NCBI RefSeq assembly: GCF_001194135.2
Contig: NC_069003.1
Location: 17,870,833-17,934,832 of the forward strand
Direction of reading: 5' to 3'
Length of the DNA: 64,000 nt
Origin: Octopus bimaculoides
Taxonomy: Eukaryota
The notes under the pieces were generated by a model. The model saw only the letters and a list, made by a program, of their open reading frames with translations. It made no database searches and was not told the origin of the DNA. Made by a program: the position numbers and the translations under genes. Of this stretch, positions 36,590-49,220 are shown piece by piece (the stretch's first letter is position 1; the number at the start of each line of letters is the position of its first letter).

Positions 36590-37630
36590 ATATATATTTA
36601 TATATCATCATCATTGCTCAATGCCTGCTTTCCGTGCTGGTATGGGTTGAATGGTTTAAGAGAGGACCGGCAAGCCAGTAGGCTGCACCAGGCTCCAATC
36701 TGATCTGGCAAGGGTTCTACAGCTGGATGTCCTTCCTAATGCTGACCACTCTAGGGTGCCTTTCATGTGCCACATTCAGATGGTGCTTTTTACGTGCCAG
36801 TCAGGGGGCACTCGCATCAACCACCTTCACATGTTGCTTTTTTTATGTGTCACTGGCATGGGTAGCCATTCAGGCGACACTATCATCGACCCACTTAAAT
36901 GGTACTTACTAAGTACCAGCATGGGTGTCAGTCAGGTGGCACTGGCCACTACTACGATTTCGATTTCACTCGATTCAAGTACATCATTTTGCCTGATGAC
37001 ACAAGGGTACTTTTAAATGGGCCGGTTATGCAATACTGGCATCAATTATGGCTGCGATCTCACTTTACTTGTCGGGTCTTCTCAATCACAGCATATCTCC
37101 AAAGATCTCGGTCTCTTGTCATTGCCTCTCTGAGGCGCAGCGTTCAAAGGTCATGCTTCACCACCCCATCCCATGAGTCTACCTCTTCCACTGTTAGGGT
37201 GTGACACTTTTTTTTACACAGCTCTCCTCATCCATATGCAACACACGACCATACCAGCGCAGTTGTCTCTCTTGCACACCACGTTTGATGCTTCTTATGT
37301 CCAACTTTTCTCTCAGGGCGCTTACACTTTGTTGTGTATGCACACTGGCATTACGCATCCAGCGGATCATACTAGCTTCATTTCTTTCAAGCCTACGCAT
37401 GTCCTCAGTAGTCATGGCTCATGTTTCACTACCATGTAGCATGGCTGTTCGCACACATGCATCATACAGTCTAACTTTCACTCTGAGCGAGAGGCCTTTT
37501 GTTGCCAGCAGAAGTTGGAGCTCTCTGAACTTTGCCCAGGGCATTCTTATTCTAGCAGCTATGCTCTCAGCACATCCACCCACACTACAGACTTTGTCAC
37601 AGGTAGCGGAAGCTATCAACTACTTCTAGT
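36590..37630 (-). mobile_element. RTE-clade LINE 3' part (similar copy at 52890-53940)
   Basis: Reads LEVVDSF, RIRMPWAKFREL, RLYDACVRTAMLHGSET and QERQLRWYGRVLHM. Confidence 0.8.
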
Positions 37631-38385
37631 TTTTCCTTATGGATAAGTATAAGATATCTAAGTTATAGAATCAACTGTAAGGGGTAATTAAATTAGAGGT
37701 GTACTAAATGTATAACAGTAAAAGCTAAGCCTATATGGGCACGTACCTATTTGTTGAATATTACAAGATTAAAAGCTAAAAAATAAAATTACCCATATGA
37801 TTTGCTTGAGTCAAGTGAAATCGAAATAAGTATTTTTATATCGGGTAAACTTATATAACAGAACACTGAAAAAAATTTCTATATAAAAATTACCAGCACT
37901 ATGAAATTATGAAAGGACATAAGAACATATAAAAATACCACACACACACATATATCTATATATGTTACGACAAAGATTCATGAACCTTAGTCATATATTT
38001 TATTCGTCAATGCCTCCATGAGGCCCAACACTTGAAAGGGGCTTTTCACATGCATGGCATATACAACTCTCACCAACCACTTGTCTATCCCTACTTTCCA
38101 CATTGGCCACCAGATAAGGGATCAGGGGACCCTGTCAAAAGCTTTCTCCAAGTCAACAAAAATCAAGTGCAGTTGTTTGTCTTTGGCTACGTATTTCTCC
38201 TGCAGCTGCCTTACCATACAGCATCATTGATAGTATAAGTTATTGAAGGCTTATGTTCACTAATTTTGTAGTGTATGAGCAGATTTCAATTTGTTTACGA
38301 GTATAATTTACAAAAAGTTAAAATTTTATTAGTATAAAGAATGTGGTTGTTTCCCAAACGATTGGCTTAATTTAAATATAAGATA

Positions 38386-38730
38386 TTGGGTCATCCCATA
38401 AATAATGTGGTTTTTTCAACTAAAAGTCAGATGGGAATGGGATAAACTACCTGCACCAACTTGCTATAACAGCAGGTAGTTATTTTATCTTGTCCTTATT
38501 CTTAGTGCAAGTTTTGCAGAGTGCAGTTCGATTTTAACAGTTATTTTTTCAAAGCTATAATGGAAGTGACAAAGGAGCATATTTTGCTTTATCAGTTCAA
38601 TAAAGGCAACAATGCAATGGAAAGTGTGAGGAATATTAATGCAGTATATGGGGATCGGACAATAAGTGCAAGCCAGTGTCAACAGTGGTTCCAGAAATTC
38701 TGAGCTGGAAACTACAGCCTAGAAGACGAG
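38386..38730 (+). mobile_element. Mariner (DD34D) 5' end running into an N-gap; same family as 42837-44104
   Basis: TIR ttgggtcatcccataaataatg; reads MEVTKEHILLYQFNKGNNA. Confidence 0.85.
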
Positions 38731-41700
38731 NNNNNNNNNNNNNNNNNNNNNNNNNNNNNNNNNNNNNNNNNNNNNNNNNNNNNNNNNNNNNNNNNNNNNN
38801 NNNNNNNNNNNNNNNNNNNNNNNNNNNNNNNNNNNNNNNNNNNNNNNNNNNNNNNNNNNNNNNNNNNNNNNNNNNNNNNNNNNNNNNNNNNNNNNNNNNN
38901 NNNNNNNNNNNNNNNNNNNNNNNNNNNNNNNNNNNNNNNNNNNNNNNNNNNNNNNNNNNNNNNNNNNNNNNNNNNNNNNNNNNNNNNNNNNNNNNNNNNN
39001 NNNNNNNNNNNNNNNNNNNNNNNNNNNNNNNNNNNNNNNNNNNNNNNNNNNNNNNNNNNNNNNNNNNNNNNNNNNNNNNNNNNNNNNNNNNNNNNNNNNN
39101 NNNNNNNNNNNNNNNNNNNNNNNNNNNNNNNNNNNNNNNNNNNNNNNNNGCATATACAGTTTTGATCTTTAAAGAAAAGGTTTACGTCCTGCTCATACAC
39201 CTACCAACCAGTCAAAAGTGTATACTGGTGCATTTTATTGTGGCACCAGTGCTAAAGAGGTTGCTGTATTCTCGATAAGAACCATATAAAAGACGAAGAA
39301 AATGATGAAAAGCTTTATTTGGGTAAAAACACTTTATTTTTTTTTTTTTTTGGTCAGATAACATGAAATGACAAATGAGCAAATTCTTTTTTTTTTTATT
39401 CAATTTAGTAGCTTCACAAGATGAAACCAAGTGCAGTACATACATCATCTTGTAGAACAATTAATATTAATTAAAGATGCTGATGAGGAATTGGATAGAT
39501 TTAAACTCTGCCCCCCACTCCCAGTTTATTTGTTTTTATAAGATTAATAATTTATTTTAAAAAGTAGTTTAAATATTTTAAAATAAAATATTGGAGATTG
39601 GTTTTGTTGATTGAAAGTATTTTGTATTTGTCTGAGTATAGTTCAATCCATTAAATTAAGGTATTAGTTTTATTAGAGATAAGCATTTTCTGTTTGAACA
39701 TTCCATTAATTTAGATATATTAAATAGAAATAACAATAATATAAGAAACAAAACAAAGGATCACTTTTTCATTTATCAGTCAAGTACAAACAGCTTTAGG
39801 TGTGCTCCAGTCCTATTCTGGCCTTCACAGTTAAACATACTTTGTGTGTACTTGCAAGTGTAGTGATGAATGAACCAGTAAATAAATATACGAGATAGCA
39901 TACTTTTGTTGGCATCAAAAAATAGACTTTTTTAAACACTAAATAAATTTAAAATTTCATGCTATGAAAAAACAAAACAATATTAAAGTTAATGATAATA
40001 TATTTAATGAGTGGAATATTAAAGAAAAAAGAGAGAAAAGTTTAAGGATGAATGGATCTTTATATAAATATACAACATTGTATATTTAACAATGTAGGGA
40101 AAATACAATTGTTTAGCAATTAAATAAATCTGATCCCAATTCAACAGTCTGACTATGTATATATTGGGTGTCATAATCAAACTGAAAGATTACTCAATAC
40201 CCTTCTCTAGAGAACATCATATTTTCTTTTACATGGAAAGAGCTGAAGCTTTGACACGCACTATATATACACACACACACGCACATATATATAGATATAT
40301 ATATGCACTAATGTGTTGAAGGAATTTTGCTGAGATTCTGGTAAAAGTAAATTATCCCTATACCTGTTACTGAGAAATAGTACCAAATGCTTGCCCCCAC
40401 CTGATTTTCCTTTGCTACCACCACCAAAAATACATTAAATACAAAAGACTCCACTGAGTGGTCCCTGAGTGTGTATTGTATTTTTAAAGTGACTCAAGTG
40501 CCAAGAGTTTTGTGCATAGCACTTATATATTTAGCTTGTTATCAAACATTTACATATATATATTCTTTTTTTCTTTTACTTGTTTCAGTCATTTGACTGT
40601 GACCATGCTGGAGCACCACCTTAAAGGGTATTAGTTGAAGAAATCGACCCCAGTACGCCTGGTACTTATTCTATTGGTCTCTTTTGCTGAACTGCTAACT
40701 TACGGAGACATAAACTCACCAGCATTGGTTGTCAAGTGATGGCAGGGGGACAAACACAGACACACACACAAATATATATATATAAAGCAGGCTTCTTCCA
40801 GTTTCTATCTACCAAATCCACTCACAAGGCTTTGGTTGGCCCAAGGTTATAGTAGAAGACACATACCCAAGGTGCCACGCAGTGGGACTGAACTCAGAAT
40901 CATGCAGTTGGGAAGCAAGCTTCTTACCACACAGCCACGCCTGTGCCTATATATCTATATATATANNNNNNNNNNNNNNNNNNNNNNNNNNNNNNNNNNN
41001 NNNNNNNNNNNNNNNNNNNNNNNNNNNNNNNNNNNNNNNNNNNNNNNNNNNNNNNNNNNNNNNNNNNNNNNNNNNNNNNNNNNNNNNNNNNNNNNNNNNN
41101 NGTGCTGTTTATATGAGTGCATGAAAGCTAAAACAATGAAATTAAATGCATAAGGCTCCAGAATTTTACAATCCTTATTGAAAATATATAGGTCTCCTTT
41201 GATAAGGGTAAATAAATAGATTGTCTTTTCAAAGATTTGGAGGCACCTGCTTTTTTTTTTTCCTATGCCAAAACATTGTTTTAATAAAAATTTAATTTCT
41301 GAGCTGCGCTGAGATTCAGGCAAGTTTCTGTTGGGATTGAATTCTGAATGTGCTGTGTGTGTGTGTGTGTGTGTGTGAAAGAGAGAGAGAGAGAGAGAAT
41401 ATGACGATGTCTATATTCTTGATTAATATCAACAAAACAAATTTCAACAAAACTGGTTTGTAAAGAACCGGTTAAAAAATAAAACAAAGGTAAAATAAAC
41501 TCTTAAATAATGTGTAATTAAAAGCTTCATTTAAAAAAAAAAAAAAGATTGTTCTTTCTTATTTGATGGTAAAAATCTGAATAATTCACTCCTGTCTTTA
41601 AGAGATTGGGGTGAGAGTCACTGTAAATTTGTTAGGGTTTAATTTACATAATGGTGAATAACTTGACTCTAGTTACAACGCCACCCAATAGATTGTCAAT

Positions 41701-42836
41701 AAATTTGTCTTCTTGCCAAAAACATATCTGGTGAAACTGTCATGTTTTTATCCACAGTAAAATATTAAATTTGCTAAACACTATTTTAAAAAGTTTGTAT
41801 CTACTGCAAAATTTACATTTAGTCAATAATAAAAAAAATAAATTCAAAGAGCAAAAACTTCATGTCACAAAGTGAATAGTAAAAGACAGCATTGAGAGAA
41901 TCCAATGAATTGCCAATATCTTGAAATACTGGATTCTTTAACAGGAGTGTCTGAGAGAGACAAACATGACCTGTGTAAGAGACTAGAAGGGAAGTCACTG
42001 AAAAAGTTGCAAATAATAACATAAGAACTTTGACAAAAAAAAAGATTGAGTGTTAACTAACAAGTCAAACAAATGATCAATTAGTTAACTGGATAGATAT
42101 TTAACCAATTGATTAATAATAAAGGAGTGGAATTGAACCAAAGTTCAATTTAATGACTATCCCGTTCATTCTTTTTTTTCCCTTCCCTTCAGTTTACAAT
42201 AATGGTATTCTTTTTTTTGTTTTTTACTATATTTATTTTATTACTAGCAGGACCTGTGAATATTTCATGGAATTAATTGTTAACTTATTGGGTCATTTCT
42301 GAAAACTTTATCCAAAAAATCTGAAAGCATGGCCTGTGTTGTGTCTGTATCGAAAGACAGTCACTCATTTGCTACTTACTGAAAAGTGAATGAAATTGGA
42401 ATTCGATGATTATTTAATGCACTTTAAATACACAGCACTCTCCCTCTTTCTCTCTCGTTCTTCACATTACCCTCTTTTTCTCTTGATCTTTGCCTTTCTC
42501 TTCAACTAATCATGTGGAAATGTTACAGACAGGCTAAGGAACAGAAGAAAAAAACTTAGTTAAAAAAAACAAAATTACCCATTTCCCTCACCGTCACCTC
42601 CTGCTCTGCATCCTCCCCTCCCTTCCCCCTTCAACTAATCATGCAAAAGTGTTACAGACAAGCTAAGTGATGGAGGAAAAAGCAGAATGATTATAAGATT
42701 CTTTTTGCAGTTCTGTTTCCAAGTAAGTTTGACTTCTCTATTCATGACAAACACACATATGTTAGACTATATACTCATATAATGAGCCCTATTGTTTGTT
42801 CTATCAAACATACATACATACACACATATATATACT

Positions 42837-44104
42837 TTGGGTCATCCCATAAAGAATGTGTTTTTTTTCAATTGCATGAACTAAAAGCTAGAGGGGGATG
42901 GGATAAATTACCTGCATCAACTTGCTATAAAAGCAGGTAGTAATTTTACCTTGTTCTTATTCTTAGTGCAAGTTTTGAAGAGTGCAGTTCGATTTTAAAA
43001 GTTATTTTTTCAAAGCTATAATGGAAGTGACAAAGGAGCATATTTTGCTTTATGAGTTCAATAATGGCAACAATGCAACAGAAATATTAATGCAGTATAT
43101 GGGGATCGGAAATAAGTGCAAGCTGGTGTCAACGACGGTTCCAGAAATTCCGAACTGGAAACTACAGCCTAGAAGATGAACCTCATCCTGGAAGATCTGT
43201 AGAGCTTGATGAGGATGTCCTGCAAACCCTGGTGGAGCAAAATTTCATTGTAATTGTTGAGGAACTTGCAGAGAAGCTTGGATTTGACCATTCAACCATT
43301 CATTGACTCCTGCATGCCATTGGAAAAGTCAGCAAATTGAGTCAATGGGTTCCTCACAAACTTTCTGAGTCTAATCATATGCAGAGAGTGAATGTGTGCT
43401 CTTCTCTGCTGTCATGTCTCATGAATGAACCTTTTTCGACTGAATAGTGACTGATGATGAGAAATGGGTTCTCTATAAAAATGTCCAGTGCCACAGATAG
43501 TGGGTAGCAAAAGGAGAAACACAGGCACCCCAGGCTAAAGAAGGTCTTCATTCATGTAAGGCGATGTTATCTGTTTGGTGGGATATGAAAGGTTTAGTCC
43601 ACTTTAAACTTTTAAACCCAAACCAAACGATAACAAAGGAGATCTACTGCGAGCAGCTTGAGTGCTTAAATTAGTGCCAGAAGAAAAAGGACCATCTTTG
43701 GTTTCAAGACGAAAGGTGTTCTTCCATCAGGAAAATGTTCAGCCACATCTAGCGAGGATGATATTCCAAAGGTTGGAGCAGTTTCAATGGGAAATGATAC
43801 CCCACCCACCATATTTGCAGGACATTGCCTAATCTGATTATCATTTATTCTACAGTCTTCAAAATCATGTGGTATGAAAAAAATATGTATTCTGTAGACG
43901 AGGTGAGAATAGTACTGGAGGAGTATTTTTCGTCACGGACAAGTGAATTTTGGAAGAAGGGCTTTGCAAGTCTACCATATAGATGGAAGAGCATTGTAGA
44001 AAATGAAGGAGGGTATATTTTAGATTAAAAAAGAACTTCATTTATCTTAATTTTGAAAAATAAAAGAAGTATAAAAAAACCGCATTATTTATGGGATGAC
44101 CCAA
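42837..44104 (+). mobile_element. Full-length but inactivated mariner (DD34D) transposon, about 1.27 kb
   Basis: TIRs ttgggtcatcccataaa / tttatgggatgacccaa. The broken transposase contains WVPHKL, IVTDDEKW, MLSVWWDMKG, FHQEN, HPPY..D...SDYHLF. Confidence 0.93.
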
Positions 44105-44269
44105 TATATATATGTGTGTGTGTGTTTTTGTATACCTTTTACTTGTTTCAGTCATTGGATTGCAGCAATGCTAGAGCACTGGCTTAAAGGGTTTTCTTAC
44201 TCAAACAAATTGACTCCAATACTTATGTTTATTGCTCATTTTACAACCATTCTATTTTAATCTAATGCT

Positions 44270-44340
<71 letters not shown>

Positions 44341-44343
<3 letters not shown>

Positions 44344-44530
44344 GAGAATATACGAAACAACAACAACAGACGAGGACAGGTGGTGTAAATAACAAAAGGA
44401 TGTATTAGTATGACGCTCGGGAATACGGAAAGTCTTTGACGTTTCGAGCTACGCTCTTCAACAGAAAGAATACGGAGACAAGGAGAAAAACACGGAGAAA
44501 AAAAATTGAATAGTGTTCAGTCAACGGTCA
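44341..44530 (-). mobile_element. Penelope-type terminal (pLTR-like) repeat; second copy at about 62830-63060
   Basis: The two copies share gatgtattag...aaagtctt...tttcgagc.tacgctcttcaacagaaag.aatac and carry a hammerhead-like motif. Confidence 0.55.
44433..44469 (-). ncRNA. Minimal hammerhead-like motif of Penelope type, with variant core CUGUUGA
   Basis: Minus strand reads tcttt-CTGTTGA-A-GAGC-gta-GCTC-GAAA-C-GTC-aaaga. Confidence 0.4.
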
Positions 44531-44557
44531 ATCATACACAATGTTTGATTAAGAGAT

Positions 44558-44711
44558 TTTATTGTGACATATGCTGTTATGTAAGATGTGCCACATCTAT
44601 AACATTCAGTAAATCAATAATTGATATGTTAAGACTTGTAGGTCAAACATAGAGGGAGAGGAGGAGGCTTCTGATTTTCTTGCTCATTGTTTAATCTGCG
44701 ATATATTTATT
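44558..44711 (-). terminator. Two candidate AATAAA polyadenylation signals for GPD2 (plus-strand tttatt at 44706-44711 and 44558-44563)
   Basis: The hexamers lie about 300 and 450 nt past the stop codon. This is a motif match only, in AT-rich DNA. Confidence 0.3.
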
Positions 44712-45013
44712 GTGCATGTGGAAACTTTAATGTTTAGCAATTCTTTTTTTTTCTCTGTGGATAAAAAAAGCATACCCACCCCCAAAACATCACTTACCAA
44801 CAATGTGTTCAGCATGACAATGAATTTACCAACAATGGTCAGGCATGCGATAGAGTCACCAGATGAGGAATTTATCTGACTCCCAAATGAGATTCCAAGA
44901 AGTTATCTCTGTTTCACTAATATCAAGACATAAAATAAATCATTACATAATTCTAAAGTGTGCAAATAGATTTAATACCCATTTGGTTAAAATAAAAAAG
45001 GGATGGAAAACAC

Positions 45014-45124
45014 CTAGACACCACCGCCACTGCGTTCAACAGGTATCACAGCACTCTCACCACCACGTACAGCATATGCAAATCGGCTGTTAGAAATGGC
45101 ACCAGTCTTTAGTGCACTCATCAT
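45014..45124 (-). CDS. GPD2: GPD2 last coding exon (MMSALKTGAISNSRFAYAVRGGESAVIPVERSGGGV-stop)
   Basis: tctttccag acceptor; 111 nt including the TAG stop. Ends in the conserved IPV(D/E)RSxGG C-terminus. Confidence 0.95.
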   Translation of the reverse strand: MMSALKTGAISNSRFAYAVRGGESAVIPVERSGGGV

Positions 45125-45404
45125 CTGGAAAGATAGAAAGAGATAAATTAACTTAGATTCTACAGTTGTATTCTTCAGTGAGAAATTTTACTCTCTCTCT
45201 CATACATACACACACACACACACACACATATGTATACACGCACACAGGCATCGCTTCCCAACCACATGGTTTCAGGTTCTGTCCTACAGTGTGGCCCCTT
45301 AAGCAAATGTCTTCTACACTAGTCCTAGGCTAACCAAGGTCTTGTTAGTAGATTTGGTTGATGGAAACTGAAAGAAAACTGATGTATGTATGTGTGTGTA
45401 TGTA

Positions 45405-45480
45405 GGTATATCTATATTAATAAAAGCGAAATTCTGTCTGTCTGAGACCCCTGTATCTCAGCCTACATTTGCTCTATATA
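45405..45480 (+). mobile_element. Possible non-autonomous Helitron 5' end
   Basis: a|tctatattaataaaagcgaaattctgtctgtctg resembles typical Helitron 5' termini; no coding support. Confidence 0.3.
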
Positions 45481-46135
45481 GACATATTATACCTTTTTGG
45501 AATCAAGATGATCTCAGGATTGAAAGTCTGCCCTTCAGTTGGTTCTTGCACATCCAGCATTGGGATCTGATTTAAAAGCATTTGGGTTGCTATTTCTAGC
45601 ACATAAAGCGACTGAGAGGTGCAAGAGTTACCTCCCTTAGCTTTAGGTTTTACTAAGGAATTTAGTGGTTCTTTCAGCCATGCTGGGGTAAGGCCTTGAA
45701 GAATTTTAATTGAACAAATCGACAGCAGTTCTTTCTTTTTTATGCCTGGTACTTTTTTTATTGGTCTTTTTTTTAACTGCTAAGTTAAATGAATGTAGAC
45801 ACAGCAACACCAGTTATCACACAAGTGGTGGGGGACAAACACAGACACAAAGTCACAATACACNNNNNNNNNNNNNNNNNNNNNNNNNNNNNNNNNNNNN
45901 NNNNNNNNNNNNNNNNNNNNNNNNNNNNNNNNNNNNNNNNNNNNNNNNNNNNNNNNNNNNNNNNNNNNNNNNNNNNNNNNNNNNNNNNNNNNNNNNNNNN
46001 NNNNNNNNNNNNNNNNNNNNNNNNNNNNNNNNNNNNNNNNNNNNNNNNNNNNNNNNNNNNNNNNNNNNNNNNNNNNNNNNNNNNNNNNNNNNNNNNNNNN
46101 NNNNNNNNNNNNNNNNNNNNNNNNNNNNNNNNNNN

Positions 46136-46168
<33 letters not shown>

Positions 46169-47277
46169 GTTTCTAAATATGTGTGTGTATGTATTAACAT
46201 CATCATGTGAGTGGATTTGGGAGACAAAATCTAAAAGAAGACTGTGTGTGTACCCTGTCTTGATATTATGTGATGGTTGCTCATTTCTAGCCTTCCATGA
46301 AAAATATGTCCAGCCATGGGAAATATTAAACTATGATGATGGTGATGGGGAGGTCTCCTTGCCTTGATATTGCATAACAGTTGTAGATAAGAATCATTAC
46401 CATGATTCAGAAGTAGGTGAGAATTGGTGATAGGAAGGGCATTCAGCTTTAGATCTGCCTCCATGAATTTTGTCCAATTCATGCAAGTTTGGAAAAATGG
46501 GCACAAAAAGGATGATGACAACAGACACAGAAAAACATTCACACCCTCACATACACTATATTAATTACAGTTAATTTCTAACCACTGCTTCAGGATTGCC
46601 CATTAAACATTTTAAATCAGAAAAGCTATAGACATGTATGAGAGGAAGTGCTATTAACCATGGATCTTTACAATATCACAGACATCCAACCATACATGTC
46701 TATAGCTGTTCAGATTCCAAACTTTTAATAGGCAATCTTTAAGACAACTTCACCAGTGGTTGGAAACTGACCAAAGAGTTATTAATATATTGATTTTATA
46801 GATATTTTAGCTATATACCTTGTTAATTGATCACCTGATGTCAAAACAACATATGGCTCCTTTCAATTTCCATCTGCCAAATTCATCCACAAAGTTTTAG
46901 TCAGCCCAGGACACCTTGCCTAAGGTGCTATGCAGTGGGACTGAACCTAAGACAATATGGTTGGGAAGCAAGCTTCTCAACCACACAGCCACCTGTGTAA
47001 ACATGTGTGTGTGCATATGTATGCATGTATTCATAGCAACTACAATGAATCTTCCACAAAACAATTAATTTTTAACACATGATCAGAGTCAAGCACAACT
47101 GAAAAGTATAAAACAAGAACTGAAAAATTAAATTTGAGGCAGTCTTTTGTCAAAAAGTATTTTTTTCTTTCTATGAAAAATATTTGAGGGTGGGGAGAGG
47201 AAAGATACCTGCAAAATTTATAAACAAAAATTTCAAGGCTTCAAATACATTGGAGAAAAAAAATTTTTTTTAATTAC

Positions 47278-47376
47278 CTGCAGGAATTCTCCCATGTCAA
47301 CTTGTGCATTTTTATTCAGATCAACTTCTTGCAAAATTTGATGGAGATGGTCCTCGCTGACAGTTTGGTTACTTTT
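47278..47376 (-). CDS. GPD2: GPD2 exon (KSNQTVSEDHLHQILQEVDLNKNAQVDMGEFLQ), second EF-hand
   Basis: tctcacag acceptor and gtaatt donor; 99 nt, phase 0. Contains EVDLNKNxQVxxxEFLQ. Confidence 0.95.
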
Positions 47377-49110
47377 CTGTGAGAAACAAGAAATGTTTAT
47401 CCATAAGGTAGAAATATTGTCATTGTTTGTCTTTTATTGAAATAAATGATAATTATATATATCATCATCATTTAACGTCCACTTTCCATGCTAGCATGGG
47501 TTGGGCGATTTGACTGAGGATTGGTGAAACCAGATGGCTACACCAGGCTCCAATCTGATTTGGCAGTTTCTACAGCTGGATGCCCTTCCTAACGCCAACC
47601 ACTCAGAGAGTGTAGTGGGTGCTTTTACGTGTCACCCGCACGAAGGCCAGTCAGGTGGTACTGGCAATGGTCACGCTCAAAATGGTGTATTTTATGTGCC
47701 ACCCGCACAAGAGCCAGTCCAGGGGCACTGGCAATGATCTTGCTCGAAAATCCTTTATATATATATATATATATATNNNNNNNNNNNNNNNNNNNNNNNN
47801 NNNNNNNNNNNNNNNNNNNNNNNNNNNNNNNNNNNNNNNNNNNNNNNNNNNNNNNNNNNNNNNNNNNNNNNNNNNNNNNNNNNNNNNNNNNNNNNNNNNN
47901 NNNNNNNNNNNNNNNNNNNNNNNNNNNNNNNNNNNNNNNNNNCATTAAAGAATAATTGCAGTTTTTATCAGAAATATTTCTTTGTTTCCAATTTAACCAT
48001 TCTAACAACAACCACTAAAATAGTATCTTGCTCTACTAATTTATTATGGCTACATTTGAACAGAGATATTTACCAGGTTCCTGTACCCATTTACCACTAT
48101 CACCATACCCATCACCAACCATCATCATCATCATCATGTTTATGTCTGTATTTCAACGCTTGCATAATTTGGATGAACCTTCTCCAACACAGCCTCTGAC
48201 CACTTTTCTAGTTCCTTTGTCATTTCCTTCCTGAGATCAGTTTTCACCTCTCCTCAGTTATCCCTTACCTTTTACTTGTTTCAGTCATTAGACTGCAACC
48301 TTCAATTTTTAATCGAATGAATTGACTCCAGTACTTATTTTTCAGACCTGGTATTTATTCTACTTTAGTCTCCTTTTGCTGAACTGCTAGGTTACGGGGA
48401 TGCAAACACACAAACACCAGTTTTCAGGTGGTGGTTGGGGGACAAACACAGAGACACACACACACACGATGGGCTTCTTTCAGTTTCTGTCAACCAAATC
48501 CACTCACAAGACTTTGGTTGGCTTGAAATTATAATAGAAGACACTTGCCCAAGGTGCCACGGTGTGGGACTGAACCCGGAACCATGTAGTTGGGAAGCAA
48601 GCTTCTTACCACATGGCCATTTATGTTTCATTGTTTATACACAAAGACATTGCAGATCCAGCAAGAGAAACCACACCAAAGATGGAATATACTAAGTGAG
48701 ACCTTTCTATGATAGCAGCAGCTCCAAATTAAGAAGCAACTCAGATCATGACAACACCTCCAACCCATGCCAACATGGAAAAATATATTGATGATGATGA
48801 TGATGATGCTGACCTTTTAATTTTTTTTTTTTACCATAACAATTTAAATACCAATAACTACTTCTCCCTCAATCTTTGATAAACATGAACGGTTAAAGTG
48901 TTTATTTTGTTCACATCATTACATTTTAATGCCAACTTGGCCATATAATACACACACACACGTATAAATACATTCATTCTAAATAAAAAAAANNNNNNNN
49001 NNGTGATTTTATTTAAGTTTGGATTACAGTGAAAGCTTAATATCAAAAGAGTGGTTGTCAATATGAAGTGAGGCAATTTGTCACAGCTGAGTGGGCATTC
49101 GGCTTGTTTT

Positions 49111-49128
49111 GGAGAGAGAGAGAGAGAG

Positions 49129-49219
<91 letters not shown>

Positions 49220-49220
49220 T
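49111..49220. repeat. (AG)n microsatellite; others at 14955-15000 (CT), 50752-50825 (AG), plus many (TA)n tracts such as 44274-44340, 25235-25286, 25755-25995
   Basis: Direct inspection. Confidence 0.95.

Noticed and set aside
39478-39512. CTGATGAG word
   Set aside because: No downstream stem II-GAAA-UH arrangement, so it is a chance match.
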